Assembly (NCBI GenBank): GCA_965262615.1
Contig: OZ253545.1
Span: forward strand, 128,001-192,000
Direction of reading: 5' to 3'
Origin: Alphaproteobacteria bacterium
GTDB lineage: Bacteria > Pseudomonadota > Alphaproteobacteria > GM7ARS4 > G965262615
Length of the DNA: 64,000 nt
Shown: positions 32,542 through 42,046 of the stretch, piece after piece
How the letters are laid out: every line of letters begins with the position of its first letter
Numbering within the stretch: position 1 is the stretch's first letter
Translations under genes and position numbers: made by a program
Notes under the pieces: model-generated
Told to the model about the DNA's origin: nothing
The model's database searches: none
What the model saw: the letters and a program-made list of their open reading frames with translations, nothing else

Positions 32542-32799
32542 ATGACCGTCACCATCCTCTATTTCGCCCAAATCAAAGAGGCACTTGGCATGGCACAAGA
32601 AGTGGTGCAACTGCCCGATGATATCCGCCAGCTGCATCAATTGCTCACATGGCTCTCCCAGCGTCATGACCGCTATGCTGCGGCATTTGCTCGCTGTTCA
32701 TGTGTGCGCGCCGCCATCAATGAGCGTCATGCCGCGCCCGACAGCATCATTCCTCCTGCTGCCACCATTGCGCTCTTTCCTCCCGTCACGGGTGGTTGA
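32542..32799 (+). CDS. moaD: molybdopterin synthase sulfur carrier subunit
   Basis: ILYFA..KE and C-terminal FPPVTGG. Confidence 0.93.
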   Translation: MTVTILYFAQIKEALGMAQEVVQLPDDIRQLHQLLTWLSQRHDRYAAAFARCSCVRAAINERHAAPDSIIPPAATIALFPPVTGG

Positions 32800-32800
32800 T

Positions 32801-33253
32801 ATGACCATCGGAGTGGTCATTCAGACAGAGCCCATTGATGCCGCCGCGCTCATTGACAAAGCCACCCAATCTGCCGCGCCTCACAATGGCGCGATTGCCT
32901 CGTTCATTGGCGTGGCGCGCGAGCAAGGACAAACGGGACAAACCATTCACGCCATCACGCTGGAGCACTATCCCGCCATGACGCAACACGAACTGGAGAC
33001 AATCGCCCGCAATGCCCAAAAACAGTGGCAACTGGCGACCATTCATATTCATCATCGCATCGGCACCATTGCGGTGGGAGATGTGATTGTGGTGGTGGTC
33101 ACATGCTCGCCTCATCGCAACCAAGCCTTTGATGCCGCCCGTTCCGTGATGGATTGGCTCAAACGAGATGCCCCCTTCTGGAAATGCGAACACGGTGATG
33201 CAGGCACACACTGGGTCACCTCACACCGCAGTGATCATCCACATAATTCTTGA
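32801..33253 (+). CDS. moaE: molybdopterin synthase catalytic subunit
   Basis: GAIASFIG.AR, LEHYPAM, HR.G, HR..AF, MDWLK..APFWK.E. Confidence 0.95.
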   Translation: MTIGVVIQTEPIDAAALIDKATQSAAPHNGAIASFIGVAREQGQTGQTIHAITLEHYPAMTQHELETIARNAQKQWQLATIHIHHRIGTIAVGDVIVVVVTCSPHRNQAFDAARSVMDWLKRDAPFWKCEHGDAGTHWVTSHRSDHPHNS

Positions 33254-34094
33254 AGCATTGAATCAGATGGCTCGTGACATCCCCCACCCGCCATTGATGC
33301 CTTCCAATGGCTGACACCGCCATAATCTCCACCGCCGTGCCGGTGAGAAAAACCTCATCCATTGAATCCAATTCATCAAGAGAAATGGTGCGCTCGGTGA
33401 CATCAATCTTTTGGGCGCGCGCAATCTCCATGACCGTCTGGCGCGTGATGCCATTGAGAAACGAGCTGGCGCGCGGCGTGTGAAGCGCACCATCTTTCAC
33501 AAAAAAAATGTTCGCCCCGGTCGCCTCCGCAATGTTGCCCTGATGATCCAACATCAGAGCATCATCATAGCCTTTTTTCTCCGCCTCGTGCTTGCTCAAA
33601 GTGCAAATCATATAAAGACCCGCCGCCTTGCTATGAACGGGCGCGCTATCGGCAGACGGACGCCGCCAGTCGGCAAGATTCAAACGCACACTCTCGCCCT
33701 TGAAATACGAGGGCCATTCCCAACAGGCAATCGCCACATGAATGGTGGTCTGTTGCGCCGACACCGCCATCATCTCACTGCCGCGCCACACCACAGGACG
33801 AACATAGCCCTCACGAATACCCTGCTTGAGAACCAACTGACGAGCAGCCTCACCCAACTCCTCTGGGTTAAAAGGAATTTCCATGTCCAATAATTGCGCT
33901 GAATTAAACAGCCGCGCCACATGCTCATCATGCTTGAAAATCACACCATGATACACCCGCTCCCCCTCAAACACACAACTGCCATAGTGCAAGCCATGAC
34001 TCAAAACATGAGTGGTGGCGTCCTTCCACGCAATCCACTCGCCATCCATCCAAATGACACCAGTGCGCTCTGCAAAATTAGTGCTTTTGCTCAT
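33216..34094 (-). CDS. ilvE: branched-chain amino acid aminotransferase
   Basis: HGLHYG..VFEG, KAAGLY, EATGANIF, L.GITR, FLTGTA.E. Confidence 0.95.
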   Translation of the reverse strand: MSKSTNFAERTGVIWMDGEWIAWKDATTHVLSHGLHYGSCVFEGERVYHGVIFKHDEHVARLFNSAQLLDMEIPFNPEELGEAARQLVLKQGIREGYVRPVVWRGSEMMAVSAQQTTIHVAIACWEWPSYFKGESVRLNLADWRRPSADSAPVHSKAAGLYMICTLSKHEAEKKGYDDALMLDHQGNIAEATGANIFFVKDGALHTPRASSFLNGITRQTVMEIARAQKIDVTERTISLDELDSMDEVFLTGTAVEIMAVSAIGRHQWRVGDVTSHLIQCFKNYVDDHCGVR

Positions 34095-34150
34095 CTCCAA
34101 TACCTCGTATGATGAATTCATGTTTATCACTGAGAGAGTCTATCGTCCAG

Positions 34151-34822
34151 ATGCAGCGTCATATTCTAGTCATTGATGATGATTCCCGTTTGATTGATCT
34201 GTTGTCTCAGTACCTAGAGCAAGAGGGCTTTCTCACCTCACAGGCACAAGAGACCATGATGGCGCGGCGATTGCTCAATTTATTCAGTTATGACCTCATC
34301 TTACTGGATTACATGATGCCGCAAGAGGACGGCATTCAATTTTTGCGCTATTTGCGGCAGCGTCATGATCAAACGGCGGTTTTGATGCTGACGGCAAAAA
34401 ATCAAGCCACCGATCGCATTGTCGCCTTTGAAAGCGGCGCAGATGATTATCTGGGCAAAAACTTTGACCCGCGCGAATTGATTTTACGCATTCACAACAT
34501 TCTCAAACGCCGTGATCACGAGCAAGAGATTGCCATCGGCAGTTTGCGATTGTGTCCGAAAAGTCACGAATTGTGGCATGGCGGACGGGCTGTTCCGTTG
34601 AGTGCCAGTCAAAAATCCTTGTTGTTTTGTCTGGCTCGTGCCTCTGGTGAGGTGGTGGCGCGCGAGGAGCTGCGTCAGCTTTTGCACAGTGACAACAATT
34701 CGCGCAGTGTGGACACGCAACTCACCCGCCTGCGTCAGCGACTCGCCACCTGTGATGCCTCACTGCACTCATGCATTGAAGCGGTGCGAGGGCGAGGCTA
34801 CCGACTCAATCTGCCGTCATGA
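34151..34822 (+). CDS. OmpR-family response regulator
   Basis: LVIDDD, LD.MMP..DG, MLTA, GADDY..K, C-terminal wHTH VRG.GY. Confidence 0.93.
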   Translation: MQRHILVIDDDSRLIDLLSQYLEQEGFLTSQAQETMMARRLLNLFSYDLILLDYMMPQEDGIQFLRYLRQRHDQTAVLMLTAKNQATDRIVAFESGADDYLGKNFDPRELILRIHNILKRRDHEQEIAIGSLRLCPKSHELWHGGRAVPLSASQKSLLFCLARASGEVVAREELRQLLHSDNNSRSVDTQLTRLRQRLATCDASLHSCIEAVRGRGYRLNLPS

Positions 34823-36126
34823 CCCGTTATATCAGAAAATGGCTTCCCAAACGCCTGCAAAACCGATTGCTGCTCATGGTGATGACACCCATGATTTTGA
34901 TGCAGACGGTGGCACTCTGGGTGTTTTTTGATCGCAACTGGGACACCATGACGAAAAAACTCTCCGCCGCCCTCGTGCAAGACATTGATTACGCCATCCA
35001 TCTTCTGGGCACCACACCGCCCGAAAATCAAGAAGCCGTCATGGCACATTTTGCCCGTTCTCATGCACTGACAATCACATGGCGGGAAAATGAAACAATT
35101 GCCAACCCTCATAGCAATAGCGATTTTTTTTGGGGCTACAAACGCTTTCTCGCTCATGACATTGGCAAAACCATCGCCCGCCCCTTTCGCATTGATGACG
35201 ATGCCACCAATGATGACCTCCACATTCTGCTCGCCTTGCCTCAGGGGGCTCTGCGTGTGTCGTTTGATAAAGGACGCCTCTACAGCTCCACCACCTTGTT
35301 GTTTGTGGTGTTCACATTTCTGGCGATGATTCTATTGGGGATTGCGGTATTTTCTTTGGCTCGCAATCAGGCTCGTCCCATCATTCATCTGGCTCATGCC
35401 ATGGATGAGTTTGGCAAAAACAAGGAAATTCCGCCGCCACCCATTGCCGGCAGTGAAGAAATACGGCGCGCCATTCGCGCCTTTGCTCTCATGCGGGGGC
35501 GTATTCATCAGCAGATTACCGAACGGGAACACATGCTCACCGCCATCTCGCACGATCTCAACACCGCCATCTCCCGCATCAAGCTCAATCTCGCACTCAA
35601 GAATGACAGCGACCGCGTCAAACACATTCAAGATGACATCAATGACATTGAAAAAATCATTGAAGATTATGTCACCTTTCTGCGCTCCAAAGAAACCGAA
35701 CAAAAACAAACCATCATCATTGCCGATTTATGGCGTGAAACGCAGCAGCAATTTCCTCATCACACCATCACCCATGATGACGGCACGCATTCTATTAAAA
35801 TTCGTCCCAAACAATTCAAGCGGTGTCTGTTCAATATTGTGGATAATGCCACCCACTACAGCAAAAAAATTCATCTTCACAGCAAAAAGACAGCGTCGCG
35901 CATTGAACTCATCATTGATGATGACGGCATTGGCATCAGCAAAAAAGAACGAGACAAGGTGTTTCATCCTTTCTATCGCTTGGAGCCCTCTCGAAACCGC
36001 ACCACGGGGGGCTTGGGTCTTGGCATGAGCATTGCCCGTGACATCATGCGCGCCCACAAGGGAGACATTCAGCTTGATTCCTCACCATGGGGAGGCTTGC
36101 GGGTGCGTCTTATTGTGCCTGTTTGA
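34819..36126 (+). CDS. EnvZ-like sensor histidine kinase
   Basis: Two TM segments, HAMP, ISHDL.T, N..DNA, DDDG.GI, GLGLG. Confidence 0.93.
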   Translation: MTRYIRKWLPKRLQNRLLLMVMTPMILMQTVALWVFFDRNWDTMTKKLSAALVQDIDYAIHLLGTTPPENQEAVMAHFARSHALTITWRENETIANPHSNSDFFWGYKRFLAHDIGKTIARPFRIDDDATNDDLHILLALPQGALRVSFDKGRLYSSTTLLFVVFTFLAMILLGIAVFSLARNQARPIIHLAHAMDEFGKNKEIPPPPIAGSEEIRRAIRAFALMRGRIHQQITEREHMLTAISHDLNTAISRIKLNLALKNDSDRVKHIQDDINDIEKIIEDYVTFLRSKETEQKQTIIIADLWRETQQQFPHHTITHDDGTHSIKIRPKQFKRCLFNIVDNATHYSKKIHLHSKKTASRIELIIDDDGIGISKKERDKVFHPFYRLEPSRNRTTGGLGLGMSIARDIMRAHKGDIQLDSSPWGGLRVRLIVPV

Positions 36127-36910
36127 GTTCTTGGGCGCGTCTGTATGCGGCAGCCAATGCCTCGCGCATGACAGAATCATGTTTTTGCAAAACGCCCATG
36201 GCGGCGGCGGTTGTCCCTTGCGGACTGGTCACCGATGCCCGCAGAGCGCGCAATGACTCAAGAGAGGGTTGCTCCTCTTTGAGAAGCATCAGCGTCCCCA
36301 TCATTGTTTGTTCCACCAGACGATAGGCTTCATCGGAGGAAAAACCCAAATTGCGCGCGGCTTCAATCCATTGTTCCATAAAATAACACACATAGGCGGG
36401 CCCACTGCCCGACACAGCCGTTGCGCGATCCATGTCATCGTCACTGTCAAGCCATAGGGTGTGACCTCCCATGCCAAACAATTGGTCAATCATGGCGCGC
36501 TGTGATGCGACGACACGAGCATCATGGCACAAAGCGGTGATGCCTCGCCGCACCGTCAAAGGCAGATGCGGCATCGCCCGCACCGCCGCACATCCATAAG
36601 GCGACAGTGATGACAAAGAAATTCCCGCCGCTATGGACACAAGCACCGATGACGAAAGACGCGTCCCGTATTCGTGCAGCCATGCGGTCATTTGCTGTGG
36701 CTTGATCGCTACCACCGTCACGGCGGCATCAATTGTGTGCGGCATGGCGGACAAAAGGGTCATGCCTTGATGGCTCATCAATTGGGCTCGGCGCGCCTCA
36801 TCGTGTTCAACAACGGTGACTTGTCTGTTCGCGTCACGCCACATGCGCCACAAAGCAAGCCCCATCCGACCGCACCCCACCAGCAGGATGGAAGACTCAG
36901 CAGTGACCAT
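36110..36910 (-). CDS. proC: pyrroline-5-carboxylate reductase
   Basis: GCGRMG, SIAAG, VRAMP, TAVSGSGPAY, VTSP.GTT. Confidence 0.94.
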   Translation of the reverse strand: MVTAESSILLVGCGRMGLALWRMWRDANRQVTVVEHDEARRAQLMSHQGMTLLSAMPHTIDAAVTVVAIKPQQMTAWLHEYGTRLSSSVLVSIAAGISLSSLSPYGCAAVRAMPHLPLTVRRGITALCHDARVVASQRAMIDQLFGMGGHTLWLDSDDDMDRATAVSGSGPAYVCYFMEQWIEAARNLGFSSDEAYRLVEQTMMGTLMLLKEEQPSLESLRALRASVTSPQGTTAAAMGVLQKHDSVMREALAAAYRRAQELKQAQ

Positions 36911-37391
36911 GAGTCTCCAGCATCATGGACTCAAACGCCAATTCCACCGAACAGCCCGATTGCAACAACAACGCAAACGCAGGACGCACCCGCTCACACT
37001 CATTCAAAACATGACTCATATAGGCATCCATCTTCGCCGCCGTCTTGAAGGAATGATAGCTATCTACAATCGTATGGCGATAGGATATGACACCACTATC
37101 CGCATCCAAAGACAGCGACCCCAACCACAAATAGTTATTGATCAAACTCACCAACCGTCCAACATTGACGATGTGCTCATCGGAGACTTGCAAATCATCA
37201 AAGACGGTGGTCACCTGCACGCTGGAGACAGAATTCAAAAAGCCAAAATACACCAAATAATGAGCATCACCTCTGGCATGTTCGGTGGCAAGCAAAAACG
37301 AACTGTCACGATAAACGGGCCACCCCCCCTCATCCAACGACTGAGCAATATGGGCGAGGGGTTGTTCTTGTTTTTTTGTTGCCACACGCAT
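36897..37391 (-). CDS. YbjN-like domain protein
   Basis: LINN.LWLG and C-terminal ET.G.C; ubiK-ybjN-proC synteny; divergent. Confidence 0.7.
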   Translation of the reverse strand: MRVATKKQEQPLAHIAQSLDEGGWPVYRDSSFLLATEHARGDAHYLVYFGFLNSVSSVQVTTVFDDLQVSDEHIVNVGRLVSLINNYLWLGSLSLDADSGVISYRHTIVDSYHSFKTAAKMDAYMSHVLNECERVRPAFALLLQSGCSVELAFESMMLETHGHC

Positions 37392-37451
37392 CGCAATTTC
37401 CTCTCTATATTGTATAGTGTGGCATAAATAGAAAAATGTTGCAATCTTTTT

Positions 37452-37688
37452 CTACATATTGTGGTTTTTTTTCTTCTCCTCCTCCAACCGCTGCAATCGC
37501 CGTTTGAGCTCAATGACTTCTGCGCGCAATGCCTCATGGTCATCGCGATGAACATAGTTCTCCTGAAGAATACGGGTGAGCTCATGAGTCGCCAGCAGTC
37601 GGGCATCCTTGCCCAGTTCTGATGCCACCGCCACCGCCCCATCCAAGAGAGCAATGACATCATCGGTGATTTTTTGATTCCGAGCCAT
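37452..37688 (-). CDS. UbiK/BMFP family accessory factor
   Basis: Short coiled coil V.RDD.E..RA....L..RL..LE. Confidence 0.7.
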   Translation of the reverse strand: MARNQKITDDVIALLDGAVAVASELGKDARLLATHELTRILQENYVHRDDHEALRAEVIELKRRLQRLEEEKKKNHNM

Positions 37689-37751
37689 GACCCCATCATT
37701 CCATGCCGCCCCTCACTTGTCAAATGCTTTGGGTTTGAGTAGCATGACACC

Positions 37752-38333
37752 ATGATTGAACAAATTTTTACCACCGCGCGCAGCTATCCCAATTGGCAAG
37801 AGAAACCCGTCTCGCAAGAGGTGCTGCAGCAACTCTATGACTGCTTCAAGTATGCTCCCACCAGCATGAATTGCTGTCCCATGCGTCTGTTGTTTGTGAC
37901 CAGTGCGCAAGGCAAGGAGAAACTCGTCCCGTGTGTGTCAGAGGGCAATGTGGCAAAAGTGCAAGCCGCCCCCGTCACCGCCATCTGTGCCTTTGATCAA
38001 CGCTATTACGAACACATGCCTTATCTGTGGCAGAATGATGGCGAGAAAATCGCCAAACGCCTTTCATCCGCTCCCGACCAAGGCGAGGGCATGGGAATGT
38101 TCAATGCCTCATTGCAAGCCGGTTATTTTATTTTAGCCGCACGCGCCGTAGGATTAGACTGCGGCCCCATGGCGGGATTCAGCAAAGACAAAGTCAATGA
38201 TGCCTTCCTCTCTGATGCCCCACGCGCCCATTGGCGTTCCATCATGCTGTGTAACATTGGCTATGGCGATTCGAACTCTTTGCACCCACGCCAGCAACGC
38301 CTTGCCTTTGAGGATGCCTGTCAGCTCACTTAG
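37752..38333 (+). CDS. nitroreductase family, malonic semialdehyde reductase (RutE-like)
   Basis: IF..ARS, APTS.N..P.R, SLQAGYFILAARA.GLDCGPM.GF, NIGYGD. Confidence 0.9.
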   Translation: MIEQIFTTARSYPNWQEKPVSQEVLQQLYDCFKYAPTSMNCCPMRLLFVTSAQGKEKLVPCVSEGNVAKVQAAPVTAICAFDQRYYEHMPYLWQNDGEKIAKRLSSAPDQGEGMGMFNASLQAGYFILAARAVGLDCGPMAGFSKDKVNDAFLSDAPRAHWRSIMLCNIGYGDSNSLHPRQQRLAFEDACQLT

Positions 38334-38910
38334 GGTTCGCCATCATGCAAGGCGCGGCTTCGCCATCATGAATGAGCGGATACGATGACGCATCGGGCAA
38401 TTGATAGTGCCACCATTCATTGCGAAAATAATCCCACCCCGCACTCACCATCGCGCCCAGCAACATGAAGCGATTCGCCGCCGCCACTGGGGGGAGTCCT
38501 TCATAACCATGATGAGACTGAGGCTTAAAGGCATCAAAATCCGTTCCCATGTCCAACGCGCCGTCACCATCCAGCAGTGTCACATCCACCGCCACGCCCC
38601 GTGAATGAGGCGAGCCCCGACGCGGATTGACAATAAACTCATCATTGGGCGTGTGATGCCACAATCTCTCCTGTGCCTCTTGCGGACGATAGGCATCATA
38701 AATGCGCAGACGCAATCCCTGTGCCGCCAGCAAATCAATGGCGCGCCGCAAGGCTGCCGCCGCATCCTCATGAAGATACGCAACCGCGTCTTCACAATAC
38801 ACCGCCGTGCCCGTGAAATTATCACATCCTGCATAGGATAAAGAAATCTCCACATCATACCGTTCAGGCGTTAATAAAATCAAAGGTTTCATGGTATCAT
38901 CTCCCATCAT
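38326..38910 (-). CDS. ddpX: D-alanyl-D-alanine dipeptidase (VanX/DdpX family)
   Basis: DAYRP, SPHSRGVAVD.TL, DMGT.FD, EWWHY. Confidence 0.93.
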   Translation of the reverse strand: MMGDDTMKPLILLTPERYDVEISLSYAGCDNFTGTAVYCEDAVAYLHEDAAAALRRAIDLLAAQGLRLRIYDAYRPQEAQERLWHHTPNDEFIVNPRRGSPHSRGVAVDVTLLDGDGALDMGTDFDAFKPQSHHGYEGLPPVAAANRFMLLGAMVSAGWDYFRNEWWHYQLPDASSYPLIHDGEAAPCMMANPK

Positions 38911-38931
38911 GATGCCATCGCCCACCATTTT

Positions 38932-39156
38932 CGCAGACGCAATCCCTGTGCCGCCAGCAAATCAATGGCGTGCCGCAAGGCTGCCGCCGCATCCTCATGA
39001 AGATACGCAACCGCGTCCTCACAATACACCGCCGTGCCCGTGAAATTATCACATCCTGCATAGGATAAAGAAATCTCCACATCATACTGTTCAGGCGTTA
39101 ATAAAATCAAAGGTTTCATGGTATCATCTCCCATCATGATGCCATCGCCCACCATT
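38932..39156 (-). pseudogene. tandem duplicate of the ddpX 5' end (period 227 bp), truncated ORF
   Basis: 38705-38929 repeated at 38932-39156 with a few substitutions; the partial ORF stops at 38907. Confidence 0.9.
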
Positions 39157-39735
39157 CTCGCTTTAGACGGCAGCAGCGAGCGCGCAGTCTCCCTTGCCCT
39201 GTGGCATCAAGGAGCATTGGTGGCACAAGAATACAGCTTCTCGGTGTCCATGAAAAGCGCGTGGCTCATCACACACCTGCCTCGTGTCATGATTGCCACG
39301 CCGCACATCATTCTTGTGACGCGAGGGCCCGGCTCTTTTACCAGTTTACGCGCCTTTGTCACCTTTGCTCACGGGCTGGCTCTGGCATGGAACAGCCAAC
39401 TCTATGGCATCACCAGCCTTGAGGCAGAAGCTCTGTGCGCCCTGCAAGACAAACCTCACGGCTATTGCCACACCGTCACACTGCCCGTTGCCTCTCGTGT
39501 GTTTGTGCAAAATTTTGTCGCGTTGTCCCATGAGCCATTCTATCACGCCACCGATGACATCACCAGCCAAGCTGGCGACCCTGCCCATCATCATACCTTC
39601 GCGTCTCATTCGCGCGCCAGCGTCATGGTGCAATGGTGGGCGCGCTTGACCGCCATCCCGCCTTTGCCCCACAATGAGGCTGTCACGCCTCTGTATCTCA
39701 AGGATCACTATGCCCATTCTTCTGCTCGTTCTTAA
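39136..39735 (+). CDS. tsaB: tRNA threonylcarbamoyladenosine biosynthesis protein TsaB
   Basis: ILALD.S, GPGSFT.LR, A.GLA..G.TSL, P.YL. Confidence 0.85.
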   Translation: MMPSPTILALDGSSERAVSLALWHQGALVAQEYSFSVSMKSAWLITHLPRVMIATPHIILVTRGPGSFTSLRAFVTFAHGLALAWNSQLYGITSLEAEALCALQDKPHGYCHTVTLPVASRVFVQNFVALSHEPFYHATDDITSQAGDPAHHHTFASHSRASVMVQWWARLTAIPPLPHNEAVTPLYLKDHYAHSSARS

Positions 39736-40459
39736 TTTTTTCACCACCGCCATCCACGCAACTCCTCACCCTGTGACCATTGAGCGTGTCATTGACGGCG
39801 ATACGGTGCGTCTTGATGATGGCAATCTGCTGCGCATCATTGCCATTGATGCGCCCGAGCGTCATCCCGACTCCTCCCTGCCCGCCGAGCCTTTTGCCGA
39901 AGAGGCACGCAACGCCCTCATTCAATTAACGCAACACAACAATTGTCACATCACCCATTCGCCTCACCGACACACCGATCGACACGGACGCATCCTCGCC
40001 CACCTGTTTTGCGGTGACCAATGGATTGCCGCAGCCATGGTTGGGCAAGGACTCGCCAAAGTCTATAGCTTCGCCGACACCCAACACAAAATCCCCGAAC
40101 TGCTCGCCCTTGAACACCACGCACGCCAGCAGAATCTGGCACTCTGGTCACACCCCGCCAATCGGGTTATCAGCCCCGATGACTCCCATCATCGCGTGGG
40201 ACAATTTGTCATCGTGCAAGGATGCATTCATGAAGCCACGCGAGTCAAAAGCGTCATCTATCTCAATTTCAGTGACGATTGGCGGCACGATTTTACCATC
40301 CAACTGCTGCCGCCTGCGGTGCGGCAACTCACGCAGCAAGGCAAAAAAGTCACCCAACTGGCGAGCCAATGTGTGCGGGTGCGGGGATTTCTCATCTGGC
40401 GCAATGGACCCATGATTCGCCTTGACCATCTTGAGCCTTTGGAGTGGCTCCCCTCATAG
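39710..40459 (+). CDS. secreted thermonuclease (SNase-like) with C-terminal OB-like domain
   Basis: Signal peptide, VIDGDT, IDAPE, DRHGR.LA, E..AR....LW. Confidence 0.9.
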   Translation: MPILLLVLNFFTTAIHATPHPVTIERVIDGDTVRLDDGNLLRIIAIDAPERHPDSSLPAEPFAEEARNALIQLTQHNNCHITHSPHRHTDRHGRILAHLFCGDQWIAAAMVGQGLAKVYSFADTQHKIPELLALEHHARQQNLALWSHPANRVISPDDSHHRVGQFVIVQGCIHEATRVKSVIYLNFSDDWRHDFTIQLLPPAVRQLTQQGKKVTQLASQCVRVRGFLIWRNGPMIRLDHLEPLEWLPS

Positions 40460-42046
40460 GCGAGTTTCGGGAGGAAACTCGTCATCACTGTCGTCATCAA
40501 AATTCGGCGGCGGCGCATGCAAATCCACATTGATTTTACGAGCTCCATAGCGCAATTCAGGAGATGCGTCCCTTGCCATACGCTCACCACTTTTTCTATT
40601 GACTCTTTTTTGTTCGCGCGCCACCTGACTCTTATTTTCTTGCATGGTCTTTTCTATCTGTTCGGTGGCGACCGCACGGGCGGCGAGTTCATCCTTTTGT
40701 TCAAACAGGGGCTCCGGCTTCTTGTTGGCTTCAGCGGTTTGTCGCTCTTGTTCTTCCAGTGCCTCTTGCAGCTGCCTTTGTTCTTCCATCAGTCGCTGCC
40801 TTTTTGCCTGACTGTAACGCTCAATCTCTTCATGATAGGCATCAATATTTTTTTGCAGTTGTTCGCCACGCTTTTTCTTGTCGGCTGCCGTTGTGGCGGC
40901 TTCTTGTTGTTGCTTGGCGGCTTTGATTGCCTCTTCCTGCCTTTGCATCCCTGCCTCCGACAAACTCTGAGTGGATGAGGCATGGCGCAACCCATCGCCA
41001 CGAGATGAATAACTCGCCGTCACATCGGGCTCATGAAGAACGCCGCCGCCAATATGCATCCCCATCTGACTGTTAATCATAGAATACAACTGAGCGGTGG
41101 CGGAATGATTGGATGTCAATTTTTTCGCACCATGCTGAGAATCCTGCCAACGCTGTCCAAGAAACGATTCCGCCTGCAGCATGGAAGTCTCTAACTGCTG
41201 AATGTATATTTTGGGCGGTGCAAATCCCATGGGCATCTTTTGCGACTGCCCCAGCAAGGCATCAACCCGTTCATGATAGTAGTCACGCACATGGTCGCTG
41301 ACGGGATCATCCTTATACACATCAAGAGAGGCATCCACATGACGATGCATCAAGCTCTTGATGGTTTGTAGGTTTTCCTTGCTATACACTTGTTCTTTTG
41401 TCTTTGTCTGTGCGGGATAATCGGCTTGCTCATAGGCCATGAGCAAAAACGCGCCTTTTTCGTAAGGAAAATCCCGATGGGCATCAAAAGAGAGAGGACG
41501 CGCCAATTCGGCACGCAAGCCACTGGGCAACCGTTGCTGACGGCGGCTTTCTTGCTCATTCACCGCATCCAAATGCTCCGACACCTGACTTGCCAAATCA
41601 AGATAGGTCTTGGCTGACACATACGGCGCGCTGGATTTTTTTTGCGTATAGCGCGCCGCCACCTCTTGAACATAGTCACTGTATTTTTGCAATTCAGGTC
41701 TGCCCTTCACAGGCAACTGATTGACGATAAAATTCTTGAAGGATTTGGCTAAAAATTCTTGTGACTTCTTCTTGCTCAATAAGTCACCGGCTTTGACCTG
41801 CTGTTCCACCCCACCATTTTTGGCAATGAGGTGATAGCGATAACGCACCTTTCTGCCAAAGAGTTTGCCAAAAAAACCGGGCGATTTTTTCTCCACCCGC
41901 ACCAAATTGCAATCTTTGGTGACGGCGAGTTCATAGTTCTGTAGGCGTTTTCTTGCACTCTTGTTTCTAAGCAGTGCATCCACATCGGTCTGTGTATACA
42001 ACGAAACGATGTTTGGATTATTTCTTTGTATCCCTGTTGGTGTCAT
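40454..42046 (-). CDS. hypothetical 530-aa protein with C-terminal coiled coil
   Basis: Long uninterrupted ORF, Q/E/K-rich C-terminal third; no family recognised. Confidence 0.75.
   Translation of the reverse strand: MTPTGIQRNNPNIVSLYTQTDVDALLRNKSARKRLQNYELAVTKDCNLVRVEKKSPGFFGKLFGRKVRYRYHLIAKNGGVEQQVKAGDLLSKKKSQEFLAKSFKNFIVNQLPVKGRPELQKYSDYVQEVAARYTQKKSSAPYVSAKTYLDLASQVSEHLDAVNEQESRRQQRLPSGLRAELARPLSFDAHRDFPYEKGAFLLMAYEQADYPAQTKTKEQVYSKENLQTIKSLMHRHVDASLDVYKDDPVSDHVRDYYHERVDALLGQSQKMPMGFAPPKIYIQQLETSMLQAESFLGQRWQDSQHGAKKLTSNHSATAQLYSMINSQMGMHIGGGVLHEPDVTASYSSRGDGLRHASSTQSLSEAGMQRQEEAIKAAKQQQEAATTAADKKKRGEQLQKNIDAYHEEIERYSQAKRQRLMEEQRQLQEALEEQERQTAEANKKPEPLFEQKDELAARAVATEQIEKTMQENKSQVAREQKRVNRKSGERMARDASPELRYGARKINVDLHAPPPNFDDDSDDEFPPETRL

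Noticed and set aside
33216-33253. Convergent 3' overlaps (moaE/ilvE, also kinase/proC and lolD/rpsD)
   Set aside because: Short overlaps are expected in a compact genome and imply no special function
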